Positions 7,895 to 16,818 of a stretch of 37,270 nucleotides of DNA are shown here, piece by piece. Location: assembly GCA_039591655.1 (NCBI GenBank), contig JBDHDE010000025.1, positions 1-37,270 on the forward strand, given 5' to 3'. Source of the DNA: Gemmatimonadota bacterium. GTDB taxonomy: Bacteria; Gemmatimonadota; Gemmatimonadetes; Gemmatimonadales; GWC2-71-9. A program made the position numbers and the translations under genes. The notes under the pieces were generated by a model. The model made no database searches. It was not told the origin of the DNA and saw only the letters and a program-made list of their open reading frames with translations. Position 1 is the stretch's first letter. Every line of letters begins with the position of its first letter.

Positions 7895-9120
7895 ACTTCT
7901 TCGAGGCGCTGCTGGTAGGCCTGGACGAGGCCCGACGTCACCTGGGGCAGACGCTGCTGTCGCTCCTCGGGCTCATTCTGGGGACCGGCAGCATTGTCAC
8001 GGTATTGGCGCTGTTCGGCGGCCAGACGAAGCAGACCGAAGAGTTCATCATCGAGCAAGGCGGCTTCGGCGCCATCATCGTGTACGACCGCGAGGAGTCG
8101 TTGCAGCCCACCCCGATGGAGCTCGCCTCGCGACGGCTCTCCTACCGCGACGCCGCCTACCTCAAAGACCACGCCACGATGCTGAGGGGCGTGGCACCCG
8201 GCTACTTCGGGCGGCACGACTACCGCTACCGCGACGTCGACTTCGAGGGCGACGTCATCGGCACCACGCCCGACTACGCGATGATCAACGCCATCTTCCC
8301 TATGGTGGGTCGCTATATCAGCGACCTGGACGTGCGACGCCAGGCGCGGGTGATGGTGCTCGGGTGGGCGTACGCCGACTCCCTGTTCAAGGGCCGGCCG
8401 GAAGTTGCTTTGGGACGGATCGTGAACCTGGGCGGCAAGAACTACACGGTGGTCGGGGTGATGGAGCGGGAAGAGTTCTACTTTGCGCCCTGGAGCGGCA
8501 ACGCGCTGGCGTATCGCAACCGCCGCTCCTACATCCCCATCACCACCGCGTTCTCGCAGTACACCGGCGTGAACGACCGGCTCGACTTCTTGACGCTCAA
8601 GGCCGTCACCCCCACGGGTGGGACCGCCGCCGAGGCGCAGGTGCGCCAGATGATGCGCTCACTACACGGGGTGGAGGACTTCGACATCCGGCCCCTGGGC
8701 CAGCGCAACCCGGAAGACGCCCAGTTCTTCATGATGTTCAACATCATCTTTCTGATCGTCGGCGTCGTGTCCCTCGTGGCCGGCGGAGTGGTGATCGCTA
8801 ACATCCTCCTCGCTTCCGTCGTGGAGCGCGTGCGGGAGTTCGGCACGCGCATGGCGCTGGGGGCCTCGCCGCTTCAGGTGTTCGCCCAGGTCATCGCCCA
8901 GGTGTCGGTGATCTCGATCTTCGGCGGGTTGCTGGGGCTCGGGCTGGGAGCGGCGCTCACCGGCGCCGTGGCGCACTTCATGAGCCAGCCCGCTGCCGTC
9001 ACCGGCCCAATGGCGGCCGTGGCGCTGGGCACGTCGCTCGGAGTCGGCGCAGTCGCCGGTTTCTACCCGGCGTTCCGAGCGGCGCGGCTGTCACCGGTCG
9101 AGGCGCTGCGGTATGGCTAG
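7891..9120 (+). CDS. ABC transporter permease 1 (MacB_PCD + FtsX)
   Basis: GTGA overlap with the ATPase stop. TLLSLLGLILG TM, large periplasmic domain, VAGGVVIANILLASVVERVREFGTRMALGA, and C-terminal FYPAFRAARLSPVEALRY. Confidence 0.93.
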   Translation: MNFFEALLVGLDEARRHLGQTLLSLLGLILGTGSIVTVLALFGGQTKQTEEFIIEQGGFGAIIVYDREESLQPTPMELASRRLSYRDAAYLKDHATMLRGVAPGYFGRHDYRYRDVDFEGDVIGTTPDYAMINAIFPMVGRYISDLDVRRQARVMVLGWAYADSLFKGRPEVALGRIVNLGGKNYTVVGVMEREEFYFAPWSGNALAYRNRRSYIPITTAFSQYTGVNDRLDFLTLKAVTPTGGTAAEAQVRQMMRSLHGVEDFDIRPLGQRNPEDAQFFMMFNIIFLIVGVVSLVAGGVVIANILLASVVERVREFGTRMALGASPLQVFAQVIAQVSVISIFGGLLGLGLGAALTGAVAHFMSQPAAVTGPMAAVALGTSLGVGAVAGFYPAFRAARLSPVEALRYG

Positions 9121-10390
9121 CCGGTCGCGGCTCTGGGAGACCCTCGCCACGTGGGGCGAGCTCGCTTGGGACGCGCTGCGGGAGATCCGGGCCCACAAGC
9201 TGCGATCCCTGCTGACACTTTTCGGCATCGTGTTCGGCGCCGCAGCGGTCGTCTCGATGACGTCGCTCTCGGCCGGGGTCAAGTTCATGGCGTACAAGGA
9301 GCTGCGGGAGATGGACATGGCCAGCACCTTCCAGCTCCGCGACCGCGGCCCGCGGTCCGACGCCGTGCGCGCCGCCGACCTCAGGCACCCGGGCCTCAGG
9401 CTCGCCGACGTGGAGGCGCTGCGTCGGCTGCGTGGAGTCGAGACCGCGTACGGGCGCAACTTCGCCGGCCGCCGGCTGGTGAGCACCACGCGGGACCAGC
9501 GCCTGGTTCCCGTTTCCGGGATCGACGCAGGGTACCTCGCCTTCCGCAACTGGCCCGTGGTGCGGGGCCGCGAGTTTGCGGCGCTGGACATCATCAACGC
9601 GCAGCGTGTCGCCGTCGTTGGTGAGGAGCTCGTGGACCCCTTCTTCGGCTCCGTCGATCCCGTCGGACGGACCATCAAGATCGACGGCATCGAGTTCCGC
9701 GTCATCGGCGTCGTGGCACCCATCGAGTTCGAGTTGATTCCCGCCAACTTCTCGTTCCTCGCCCGCCGGGTGTACATCCCCTACACGTACCTCACGCTGT
9801 ATCACGCGGGCGAGCGCCGCGTGGACAACGTGCTGCTCAAAGTGAGTGACGAGGCCGACTTCCCCTCCGTGATGCGGGCGGGAGAAGTGCTGCTGCGGCA
9901 GCGGCATCTTGGCGCCGAGGACTTCGAGCTCGAGAACGAGAACGCCGATGTGCTCGAGAACCTGGCGATGGCCGACGGCATCATGAAAGGCTGGAACATC
10001 GTGCTGTACAGCATTGCAGGGGTGACCCTGATCGTCGGTGGCATCGGGCTGTTCAGCGTGTTGCTGATCTCGGTGCGGGAGCGGGTACGCGAGATCGGGA
10101 TCCGCAAGGCGCTGGGCGCCGACGACCGGGACATCCGGCGGCTGTTCCTGGCCGAGTCCCTCGCGCTGGCGCTGCTGGGTGCCACGCTCGGGGTGGCAGG
10201 CGGAGTCGGTCTCATCCTCCTCACCAAGACCATCGCAACGCAATTCGGCAGTGAGTTCTTCATCCCGCTCCACGTCCCCGGCGTCGCGATGGCCATCGGC
10301 TTTGCACTCCTCGTGGGGCTGGTATTCGGCTGGTATCCCGCCAAGCGCGCCGCCAGACTGGACCCGATCGAGGCGATTCGGGAGCTATAG
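9113..10390 (+). CDS. ABC transporter permease 2 (MacB_PCD + FtsX)
   Basis: HKLRSLLTLFGIVFG, VGGIGLFSVLLISVRERVREIGIRKALGA, WYPAKRAARLDPIEAIR. Overlaps the upstream stop. Confidence 0.94.
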   Translation: MASRSRLWETLATWGELAWDALREIRAHKLRSLLTLFGIVFGAAAVVSMTSLSAGVKFMAYKELREMDMASTFQLRDRGPRSDAVRAADLRHPGLRLADVEALRRLRGVETAYGRNFAGRRLVSTTRDQRLVPVSGIDAGYLAFRNWPVVRGREFAALDIINAQRVAVVGEELVDPFFGSVDPVGRTIKIDGIEFRVIGVVAPIEFELIPANFSFLARRVYIPYTYLTLYHAGERRVDNVLLKVSDEADFPSVMRAGEVLLRQRHLGAEDFELENENADVLENLAMADGIMKGWNIVLYSIAGVTLIVGGIGLFSVLLISVRERVREIGIRKALGADDRDIRRLFLAESLALALLGATLGVAGGVGLILLTKTIATQFGSEFFIPLHVPGVAMAIGFALLVGLVFGWYPAKRAARLDPIEAIREL

Positions 10391-10412
10391 GGCGCGGCAT
10401 CGGGCCACGGAG

Positions 10413-10548
10413 CTACTTCACGCCGGCTTCATCCATCCTTCATTCGCGTCGGCGTAGTAGGGGTAGACGGTCGGCCGCCCCCTCGACGCATCCTTCCTGC
10501 AGCGACTCCGGCGGACCGACCGGCACGTCCACGCAGTGCCCCAGGAGG
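10413..10548 (+). promoter_or_regulatory. Structured intergenic/leader region (three stem-loops) upstream of the molybdoenzyme operon
   Basis: Stems 10413-17/10456-60 plus 10420-27/10448-55; 10469-79/10510-21; 10522-26/10536-40. Segment CTTCCTG (10493-99) is complementary to the SD-containing CAGGAGG (10542-48). Confidence 0.35.
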
Positions 10549-10553
10549 TCGTA

Positions 10554-11201
10554 ATGACCCGAGATCCCAAGGATAGCGGCGCCGAGCCCGGCGACGAGCA
10601 CAAGGGCTTGTCGCGCCGCGGGTTCCTCACGTCGTTGGGCACCGGCGCGCTCTCTGCCGTCGCAGCCAACCATGTGAAGGCGGAGCCTGCGCCGAGCACC
10701 GAGGTGCTCGAGGGCGCCGAGCTCTCCAAGGTCACCCTCATGCTCAACGGCCGCAGCCGTCAGTTGCTGGTCGAGCCGCGCTGGTCGCTGGCTCACGTGC
10801 TGCGCGAGGAGTTGGGCCTCACCGGCACCAAGCTGGCCTGCGATCGCGGGGAGTGCGGCGCCTGTACCGTGCTCGTGAACGACGTGCCGCGCTACGCCTG
10901 CATGATGCTGGCGGTCGAGGCCGAGGGTGCGCGCATCGAGACCGTCGAAGGTCTCATGAACGGCGAGGAGCTGGGCCACACGCAGCAGGCATTCGCCGAG
11001 AAGGACGCGTTCCAGTGCGGGTACTGCGCCTGTGGGCAGATCATGGCCGTGGAAGGCATGCTCCGATCCAATCCCGCTCCTTCGCTGAATGAGATCCGCA
11101 ACGGAGTCAGCGGCAACCTGTGCCGTTGCGGCGCCTACGCACACATCTTCGCCGCCGCCGAGCGCGCCGCGGAGCTCAAGCGGGAAGGGGGCGCCTCATG
11201 A
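10554..11201 (+). CDS. Xanthine/aldehyde oxidoreductase family 2x[2Fe-2S] subunit with a Tat signal (PaoA/YagT-like)
   Basis: AGGAGG then ATG 10554. Tat motif SRRGFL; GTKLACDRGECGACTV; FQCGYCACGQ; GNLCRCGAY. Confidence 0.93.
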   Translation: MTRDPKDSGAEPGDEHKGLSRRGFLTSLGTGALSAVAANHVKAEPAPSTEVLEGAELSKVTLMLNGRSRQLLVEPRWSLAHVLREELGLTGTKLACDRGECGACTVLVNDVPRYACMMLAVEAEGARIETVEGLMNGEELGHTQQAFAEKDAFQCGYCACGQIMAVEGMLRSNPAPSLNEIRNGVSGNLCRCGAYAHIFAAAERAAELKREGGAS

Positions 11202-13525
11202 CAGTCGATCGCGAGCGCCCCTATTGGCTGGAGGGCGTCGACCTCCCCGACATGCCGTTTCAGGATCTTGATGAGGAACCGTGGGACGAAACGAAGGTCG
11301 TGGGCAAACCGCGACCGCGGGTGGACGCGTACGAGCGGGTGAGCGGTTCGGCCGTTTACCCAGCGGATGTCGTGCTGCCGCGCATGCTGTACGGCGCCAT
11401 TCTGCGCTGCCCTCATCCACACGCCCTGGTGAAGAGCGTGGACACCGGCCGGGCCGAGAGCATGCCCGGCGTTCGGGCGGTCCTCAGCGCCTTCACTGCG
11501 GAGGATGCAGCAACCAGGCCGCACGCGGAGTTCATCCGCAATCGGCTCTTCAACCCGCGGTGCCGCTATGAAGGTGAGACGGTGGCCGCGGTGGCGGCCG
11601 AGACTCCGTACCAGGCGTGGGACGCCGTGCGGGCCATCGAGGTCGAGTACGAGAGGCGGCCGTTCGTATCGGACGAGCGGGAGGCCCTCGACCCCGACGC
11701 GCCGTTGGTGCATGACGACGGCAACCGGGTTGCTCAACCTAGCGCGTATGAACGCGGCGATGTGGAAGCGGGGTTCGCCGCAGCCGACGTCGTGCTGGAG
11801 CAGGAGTACCGCTCCGAGTGCGAGATCCACACGCCGATGGAGCCGCACGGAGCCGTGGCGAAGTGGGACGGCGACCAGCTGACACTGTGGGAGTCGACGC
11901 AGGGCGTCTACAACGTGCAGTCCGGGGTGGCAGGCTCGCTGGGGATACCGTTCTCCAAGGTGCGCGTGATTGGGCACTACATGGGCGGCGGCTTCGGCAG
12001 CAAGCTCCGGCCGGGCAAGTACACGGTCATCGCCGCGCTGCTGGCCAAGAAGACGGCCAGGCCGGTCAAGTGCGTGCTGACCCGAGAGGAGACATTCCTG
12101 GCCGTCGGAAATCGGCCGCCCAGCAACATGCGGCTCAAGGCGGGCGTGAAGCGGAACGGCACACTCACGGCCATGCAGTTCTGGGGCACAGGCTCGGGCG
12201 GCGCCTACCGCGCCGGTGGGACCTCGCTGCTCGATTGGCTCGTGAGGGACCTCTACACCTGCCCCAACGTCAGGACGGAAACCACCGACATCTACATCAA
12301 TGCCGGGCCCGCCCGGCCGTTCAGGGCTCCCGGACATCCCCAGGGCGCTTGGGCCCTGGAGCAGATGATGGACGCGCTGGCGGTGGAGATCGGGATGGAC
12401 CCGGTCGAACTGCGACTCAAGAACGTCCCGGCTCACAGCCAGGGCCGGGAGGGGAATCCTCCCTACACGACTACCGGCCTCAGGCAGTGCCTCGAGGAGG
12501 GGGCGGAGTCGTTCGGCTGGCCCGGCGCACGCCCGCAAGCGGCCGGCGACTTCGCGGACGGGCCAGTGCGCCGGGGCGTCGGCGTCGCCGCATGCCTATG
12601 GCCCTACGGCAGCGGCGCACCGCCTGCCACCGCCATCGTCAAGCTCTATTCCGACGGCACCGTGAACCTCAACACGGGAGCGGCCGACATCGGCACCGGC
12701 ACCAAGACGGTGCTTGCAATGGTGGTGGCCGAGGAGCTCGGAGTGGATCCGGACGCGGTACAGATCGAGCACGCCGACACCGGCACCACCCAATTCGCAG
12801 CCGCGAGCGGGGGGAGCATGACGGTGCCTACGCAGGCCCCGACAGTGCGCTCAGCGGCGCTCGACGTGCAGCGACAGCTGCTGGAGCTCGCCGCCGACGA
12901 ACTGGGCGTTGCAGTATCGACCTTGTACCTCAAGGATGGCAAGATCTACTCCAGCGCCGACCCGGATATGGAGCGCGAGCCCAGAAGCCTGCGCCGCCTG
13001 CAGCGCCGCCGCATGCTCACAGGAGTCGGCTACCGCGCGCCGAACCCGCAAGGCAAGGTCGTCAACCCGTTCGCCGCGCAGTTCTGTGAGGTGGAGGTGG
13101 ACACCCGCACCGGTGAGGTGAAGGTGCTGCGGTTCGTCGCCGCGCACGACAGCGGGCGTGTGATGAACCTGCTGACATACAGGAACCAGGTGTTCGGCGG
13201 CATCGCGATGGGCATAGGCTTCGGCATGACCGAGGCCCGCGTACTCGACGGCGGTCAAACCGGCAAGATGGTGAACAAGAACTGGCATGACTATAAGCTC
13301 CCTACGGCGCTGGACATTCCGACGAACATGGAGTGCATACCGGTCGATCCGGACGATCGCGAGTGCAACAACACCGGAGCGAAGGGCATCGGCGAACCGG
13401 CCACGATCCCCACGGCAGCGGCGATCGCCAACGCCGTGTATCACGCGACCGGTGTCCGCATGACCGATACGCCGATCAACCCGAGCAGACTCGTCGAGGC
13501 GCTCGCAGCGCAGAAGGGAGAGTGA
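11198..13525 (+). CDS. Xanthine/aldehyde oxidoreductase family molybdopterin-binding large subunit (PaoC/YagR-like)
   Basis: ATGA overlap at 11198-11201. Motifs HTPMEPH, MGGGFGSK, PFRAPGHPQG, DIGTGTKT, SGGS, QVFGGIAMGIG, and KGIGE (catalytic Glu). Confidence 0.94.
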   Translation: MTVDRERPYWLEGVDLPDMPFQDLDEEPWDETKVVGKPRPRVDAYERVSGSAVYPADVVLPRMLYGAILRCPHPHALVKSVDTGRAESMPGVRAVLSAFTAEDAATRPHAEFIRNRLFNPRCRYEGETVAAVAAETPYQAWDAVRAIEVEYERRPFVSDEREALDPDAPLVHDDGNRVAQPSAYERGDVEAGFAAADVVLEQEYRSECEIHTPMEPHGAVAKWDGDQLTLWESTQGVYNVQSGVAGSLGIPFSKVRVIGHYMGGGFGSKLRPGKYTVIAALLAKKTARPVKCVLTREETFLAVGNRPPSNMRLKAGVKRNGTLTAMQFWGTGSGGAYRAGGTSLLDWLVRDLYTCPNVRTETTDIYINAGPARPFRAPGHPQGAWALEQMMDALAVEIGMDPVELRLKNVPAHSQGREGNPPYTTTGLRQCLEEGAESFGWPGARPQAAGDFADGPVRRGVGVAACLWPYGSGAPPATAIVKLYSDGTVNLNTGAADIGTGTKTVLAMVVAEELGVDPDAVQIEHADTGTTQFAAASGGSMTVPTQAPTVRSAALDVQRQLLELAADELGVAVSTLYLKDGKIYSSADPDMEREPRSLRRLQRRRMLTGVGYRAPNPQGKVVNPFAAQFCEVEVDTRTGEVKVLRFVAAHDSGRVMNLLTYRNQVFGGIAMGIGFGMTEARVLDGGQTGKMVNKNWHDYKLPTALDIPTNMECIPVDPDDRECNNTGAKGIGEPATIPTAAAIANAVYHATGVRMTDTPINPSRLVEALAAQKGE

Positions 13526-13528
13526 GCC

Positions 13529-14506
13529 ATGCTACCGCAATTCAGTTACACACGGCCGACCTCCCTCGACGACGCGCTCGAGCAGCTGTCGGCCGACGGT
13601 GCGGTGCCCCATGCCGGCGGCTTGGACCTCCTGGGGTGTCTGCGCGACGGCGTGTTCCAGGCGCAGAAGGTCGTGAGCCTCTCATCCCTCGACGAGCTCA
13701 AGGGCATCCGCCAGGGGCGTGGCGGCGGACTCCGCATCGGCGCGCTCACTACGGTCGCCGAGGTGGCACGGAATCCGCTGATCATGGAGCGCTACGCCGC
13801 GTTGGCACAGGCCGCCGCGGAGGTGGCCAGCCCGCAGCTGCGCAACCAGGGGACCCTTGGCGGAAACCTCTGCCAGAAGCCGCGCTGCTGGTACTACCGG
13901 GGCGACTTCCACTGCCTGCGCAAAGGCGGCAGCACCTGCTATGCGCTGGCGGGAGAGAACCAGTACCACTGCATTCTGGGAGGCAGTCGCTGCTACAGCG
14001 TCCACCTCTCGGACACCGCTCCCGCGTTGGTGGCGCTGGGCGCATCGGTGCAGATCGCGGGTCCGCAAGGCACCCGGACCGTGCCCTTGGAGGAGTTCTA
14101 CGTCGCGCCCAGTGCAGACGTCCGCCGGGAGACGGTGCTCGAGCCGACTGAGATCATGACGGAGATCCTGCTTCCCGGCCCCGCGCCCGGGCTCAGGAGC
14201 TCCTACCGCAAGGTCCGCGACCGGGGCGCGTGGGACTTCGCCCTGGCCGGGGTGGCCCTGGCCCTGGAGTTCAGTGGCGGGCGGGTCACCGGTGGCCGCG
14301 TGGTCCTAGCCGGCGCAGCCCCCGTCCCGTGGCGCTCACCGGAGGTAGAGCAGGCGATCGCCGGCAGGCCACTCGACGCCGCCACGTGCGCCGGGGCGGC
14401 AGCCGCTGCCGTACGGAACGCCCAGCCGCTGAGGCACAACGCCTACAAGGTGCCGCTGTTCAAGGGGCTGATCGAGGAGCAGCTGCTGGGTATCGCATCC
14501 GGCTAG
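13529..14506 (+). CDS. FAD-binding medium subunit with a Cys-rich [4Fe-4S] insertion (PaoB/YagS/HcrB-like)
   Basis: AGGxDLL, LRIGAL, VASPQLRNQGTLGGNLCQKPRCWYYR, insertion HCLRKGGSTC...SRC, YRKVRDRGAWDFALAGVA. Confidence 0.93.
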   Translation: MLPQFSYTRPTSLDDALEQLSADGAVPHAGGLDLLGCLRDGVFQAQKVVSLSSLDELKGIRQGRGGGLRIGALTTVAEVARNPLIMERYAALAQAAAEVASPQLRNQGTLGGNLCQKPRCWYYRGDFHCLRKGGSTCYALAGENQYHCILGGSRCYSVHLSDTAPALVALGASVQIAGPQGTRTVPLEEFYVAPSADVRRETVLEPTEIMTEILLPGPAPGLRSSYRKVRDRGAWDFALAGVALALEFSGGRVTGGRVVLAGAAPVPWRSPEVEQAIAGRPLDAATCAGAAAAAVRNAQPLRHNAYKVPLFKGLIEEQLLGIASG

Positions 14507-14530
14507 CGCGCACAACCTCTATGCCGCTAT

Positions 14531-14562
14531 ACGCCCCGCGGTCGCGCTCGGCCGCGGGGCGT
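14531..14562 (+). terminator. Strong GC hairpin after the molybdoenzyme operon (terminator or mRNA-stabilising stem)
   Basis: ACGCCCCGCGGTCG-CGCT-CGGCCGCGGGGCGT forms a 14-bp stem with one G-U pair. The U tail is weak. Confidence 0.5.
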
Positions 14563-14577
14563 TCCTGGGAGGGGCGC

Positions 14578-15387
14578 ATGTCCGAGACCCACACCATACC
14601 CGTCGACGGATTCACTCTCCAGGCCGTTACGGAGGGTCAGGGACCCGCCGTAGTGTTCGGCCACGGACTGCTGTACGACCACCGCATGTACCTGAGCCAG
14701 ATCAGGGCACTGGCGGCGGACTACAGCGCCGTCGCCATCGACTCTCGGGGACACGGCGCGAGTGGGCTCCCCGAGGGGATCTGGACCATCCGGGAGCAGA
14801 GCGCAGACTACGTCCGTGTCATGGATACCCTGGAGATCGACAGGGCGGTCGTGGTGGGCCAGAGCATGGGTGGGATGGCCGCGCTGCATCTGGCCCTCGA
14901 CTACCCGGACCGCGTGGCCGGGATGGTCCTCATCGATACCAGCGCCGGCGCAGAGAGGCCGCTCCGCAGGGTCAGATACCGCCTGTTGGTCGTCCTGGCT
15001 CAGACCTTCGGCGTCAGACCCTGGCTCCTGAAGGAAGCGTCCAAGGTCATGTACGGCCCCACCTTCCGCCGCAGTCACCAGGCCGAGGTGCAGCGTTGGC
15101 TGGGGACCATGGCCGGCTACGATCCCAACGTGATCGCCCGGACGCTGCATCCAGTCGTCACCAGGCCCTCCGTGGTGGACCGCTTGGGAGCCATCAGCGT
15201 GCCGGTCCTGGTCATCGTGGGGGAGGAAGACCGGACCACGCCGCCTCCCGAATCCGAGTTGATGGCCGAGCGGCTCCCGGACGCCCGGCTCGTTACGCTC
15301 CCCAGAACGGGACACATGGCGCCCATCGAGCAGCCCGAGGAGACGGCCGGGCTGATTCGGGAGTTCCTGCTCGAGATCGGCTGGTAG
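14578..15387 (+). CDS. Alpha/beta hydrolase (3-oxoadipate enol-lactonase PcaD-like)
   Basis: GGGAGG RBS then ATG 14578. VFGHGLL oxyanion region, DSRGHGAS, nucleophile GQSMGG, acid in GEED, His in TGHMAPIE. Confidence 0.88.
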   Translation: MSETHTIPVDGFTLQAVTEGQGPAVVFGHGLLYDHRMYLSQIRALAADYSAVAIDSRGHGASGLPEGIWTIREQSADYVRVMDTLEIDRAVVVGQSMGGMAALHLALDYPDRVAGMVLIDTSAGAERPLRRVRYRLLVVLAQTFGVRPWLLKEASKVMYGPTFRRSHQAEVQRWLGTMAGYDPNVIARTLHPVVTRPSVVDRLGAISVPVLVIVGEEDRTTPPPESELMAERLPDARLVTLPRTGHMAPIEQPEETAGLIREFLLEIGW

Positions 15388-15429
15388 ACACGCGGTCCAG
15401 CCCCAATGGAATTCCCCCAGCCCGCCGTG

Positions 15430-15533
15430 TACGTTTCAATTCTTCTGCCGGCACAGTGAGGTGGGCGCACCCGGATGGGACCGGCAGGAAGCCCCCTGAC
15501 GTCCCGGCTGGTCGAGAAGCACCTGCTAGAGGT
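15430..15533 (+). promoter_or_regulatory. Candidate -10 element and structured 5' leader of aspC-pckA
   Basis: TACGTT at 15430-35. A stem 15442-51/15481-91 begins at the expected TSS, with an inner hairpin GGTG/CACC. An ACCT/AGGT hairpin (15521-33) covers the GAGGT RBS. Confidence 0.3.
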
Positions 15534-15538
15534 ACCCA

Positions 15539-16756
15539 ATGAGTATCAGCCTGATCGGAAAGTCGATAAGCGAGTCGGCGACCCTCAAGCTCAATGAGAC
15601 CGCCGCGATCCTGCGAGCCAAAGGGGAGCCGGTCATCCATCTCGGCGGTGGCGAGCCCAAGACCAAGCCGCCCATCGACGCCCTGGTGGCAGCTGCCGCC
15701 CTGCTCAACTCCGGCGAGGTGCGCTATACCCCCGCCGACGGGATCCCTGCCCTCAAACAGGCCGTCATCCGGTACACGGACGAGTTCTACGGGCGTAAGG
15801 TGGAGCCCGAGAACGTGATGGCCTCGGGAGGGGCGAAGCAGGCCGTCATGGTATGCCTGCAGGCGATCCTGAATCCCCAGGACGAGGTGATCTTCCCCGT
15901 TCCCTACTGGGTGAGCTATCCGGAGATGGTGAAGCTGTGCGGGGCGGTGCCGGTGCCGGTGCGTCCCGAGGACGGCACTTTCCATCCGCGGATCCAGGAG
16001 ATCGAGCGAAACGTCACATCGTACACCAAGGCGGTCCTCATCAACAGCCCGAACAACCCATCGGGAGTCATGTACTCCAAGGAGTTCATCAAGGAGGTCG
16101 TGGAGTTCTGTGAGCGGCGCGGGCTGTACCTGGTCATGGACGACATCTACCACCGGCTCGTCTTCGACGGGCGCCGGCCGATCAATTGCTACACCTATGC
16201 GAAGGATCTCTCGGAGAATTCCAAGCTGGTGGTCATCAACGGAGTCTCCAAGCAGTATGCCATGACCGGCTTTCGGATCGGCTGGGCGGTGGCAAACAAG
16301 AAGCTCATCGAGGTGATGACCAACATCCAGGGGCACCAGACCTCGGGGCCGTCGGGGCTGTTGCAGCACGCCGCCGTCGCGGCCATCAACGGTGTTCAAA
16401 CGAGCGTTGAGAGCCTGCGCCTGACGCTGGAGAACAACCGCAACGTAATGATGGCGCGACTCGACTCATTTGACGGGGTGAAGGCAACAAAGCCCGACGG
16501 CACGTTCTATTGCTTCGCCGACTTCAGCTACTACAACAAGGACTCCACCAAGCTGGCGGAGCTCCTCGTGGACAAGGTCAGAGTGGTCACGGTCCCCGGC
16601 GTGGAGTTCGGCATGGAGGGTTATCTGCGGCTCTCCACCTGCGGCTCCATAAAGGACATCACCGAGGGAATCGAGCGCATGAAGTGGGCGCTGGATCCCA
16701 ATTCCCCCAACGAGTTGTACATCGGGGGCCGCAAGCTCGTACGGGATTGGATGTAG
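15539..16756 (+). CDS. aspC: PLP-dependent aspartate aminotransferase (class I/II, subgroup Ib)
   Basis: GGGEP, YTPADGIPALK, GGAKQA, PYWVSYPE, NSPNNPSG, DDIY, PLP-Lys motif SKQYAMTGFRIGW, VPGVEFG..GYLRLS. Confidence 0.9.
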   Translation: MSISLIGKSISESATLKLNETAAILRAKGEPVIHLGGGEPKTKPPIDALVAAAALLNSGEVRYTPADGIPALKQAVIRYTDEFYGRKVEPENVMASGGAKQAVMVCLQAILNPQDEVIFPVPYWVSYPEMVKLCGAVPVPVRPEDGTFHPRIQEIERNVTSYTKAVLINSPNNPSGVMYSKEFIKEVVEFCERRGLYLVMDDIYHRLVFDGRRPINCYTYAKDLSENSKLVVINGVSKQYAMTGFRIGWAVANKKLIEVMTNIQGHQTSGPSGLLQHAAVAAINGVQTSVESLRLTLENNRNVMMARLDSFDGVKATKPDGTFYCFADFSYYNKDSTKLAELLVDKVRVVTVPGVEFGMEGYLRLSTCGSIKDITEGIERMKWALDPNSPNELYIGGRKLVRDWM

Positions 16757-16818
16757 CACGGACAGCGGGAGGCGACCGCCGGACGGCCCCGACCGCTCAC
16801 CGCCGAGAGGGATAGACC

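Noticed and set aside
11198..13525. Aerobic CO dehydrogenase (coxL)
   Set aside because: The AYxCSFR/AYxGAGR active-site loop is absent (PFRAPG instead). The Tat signal and the [4Fe-4S] FAD subunit fit the Pao-like group.
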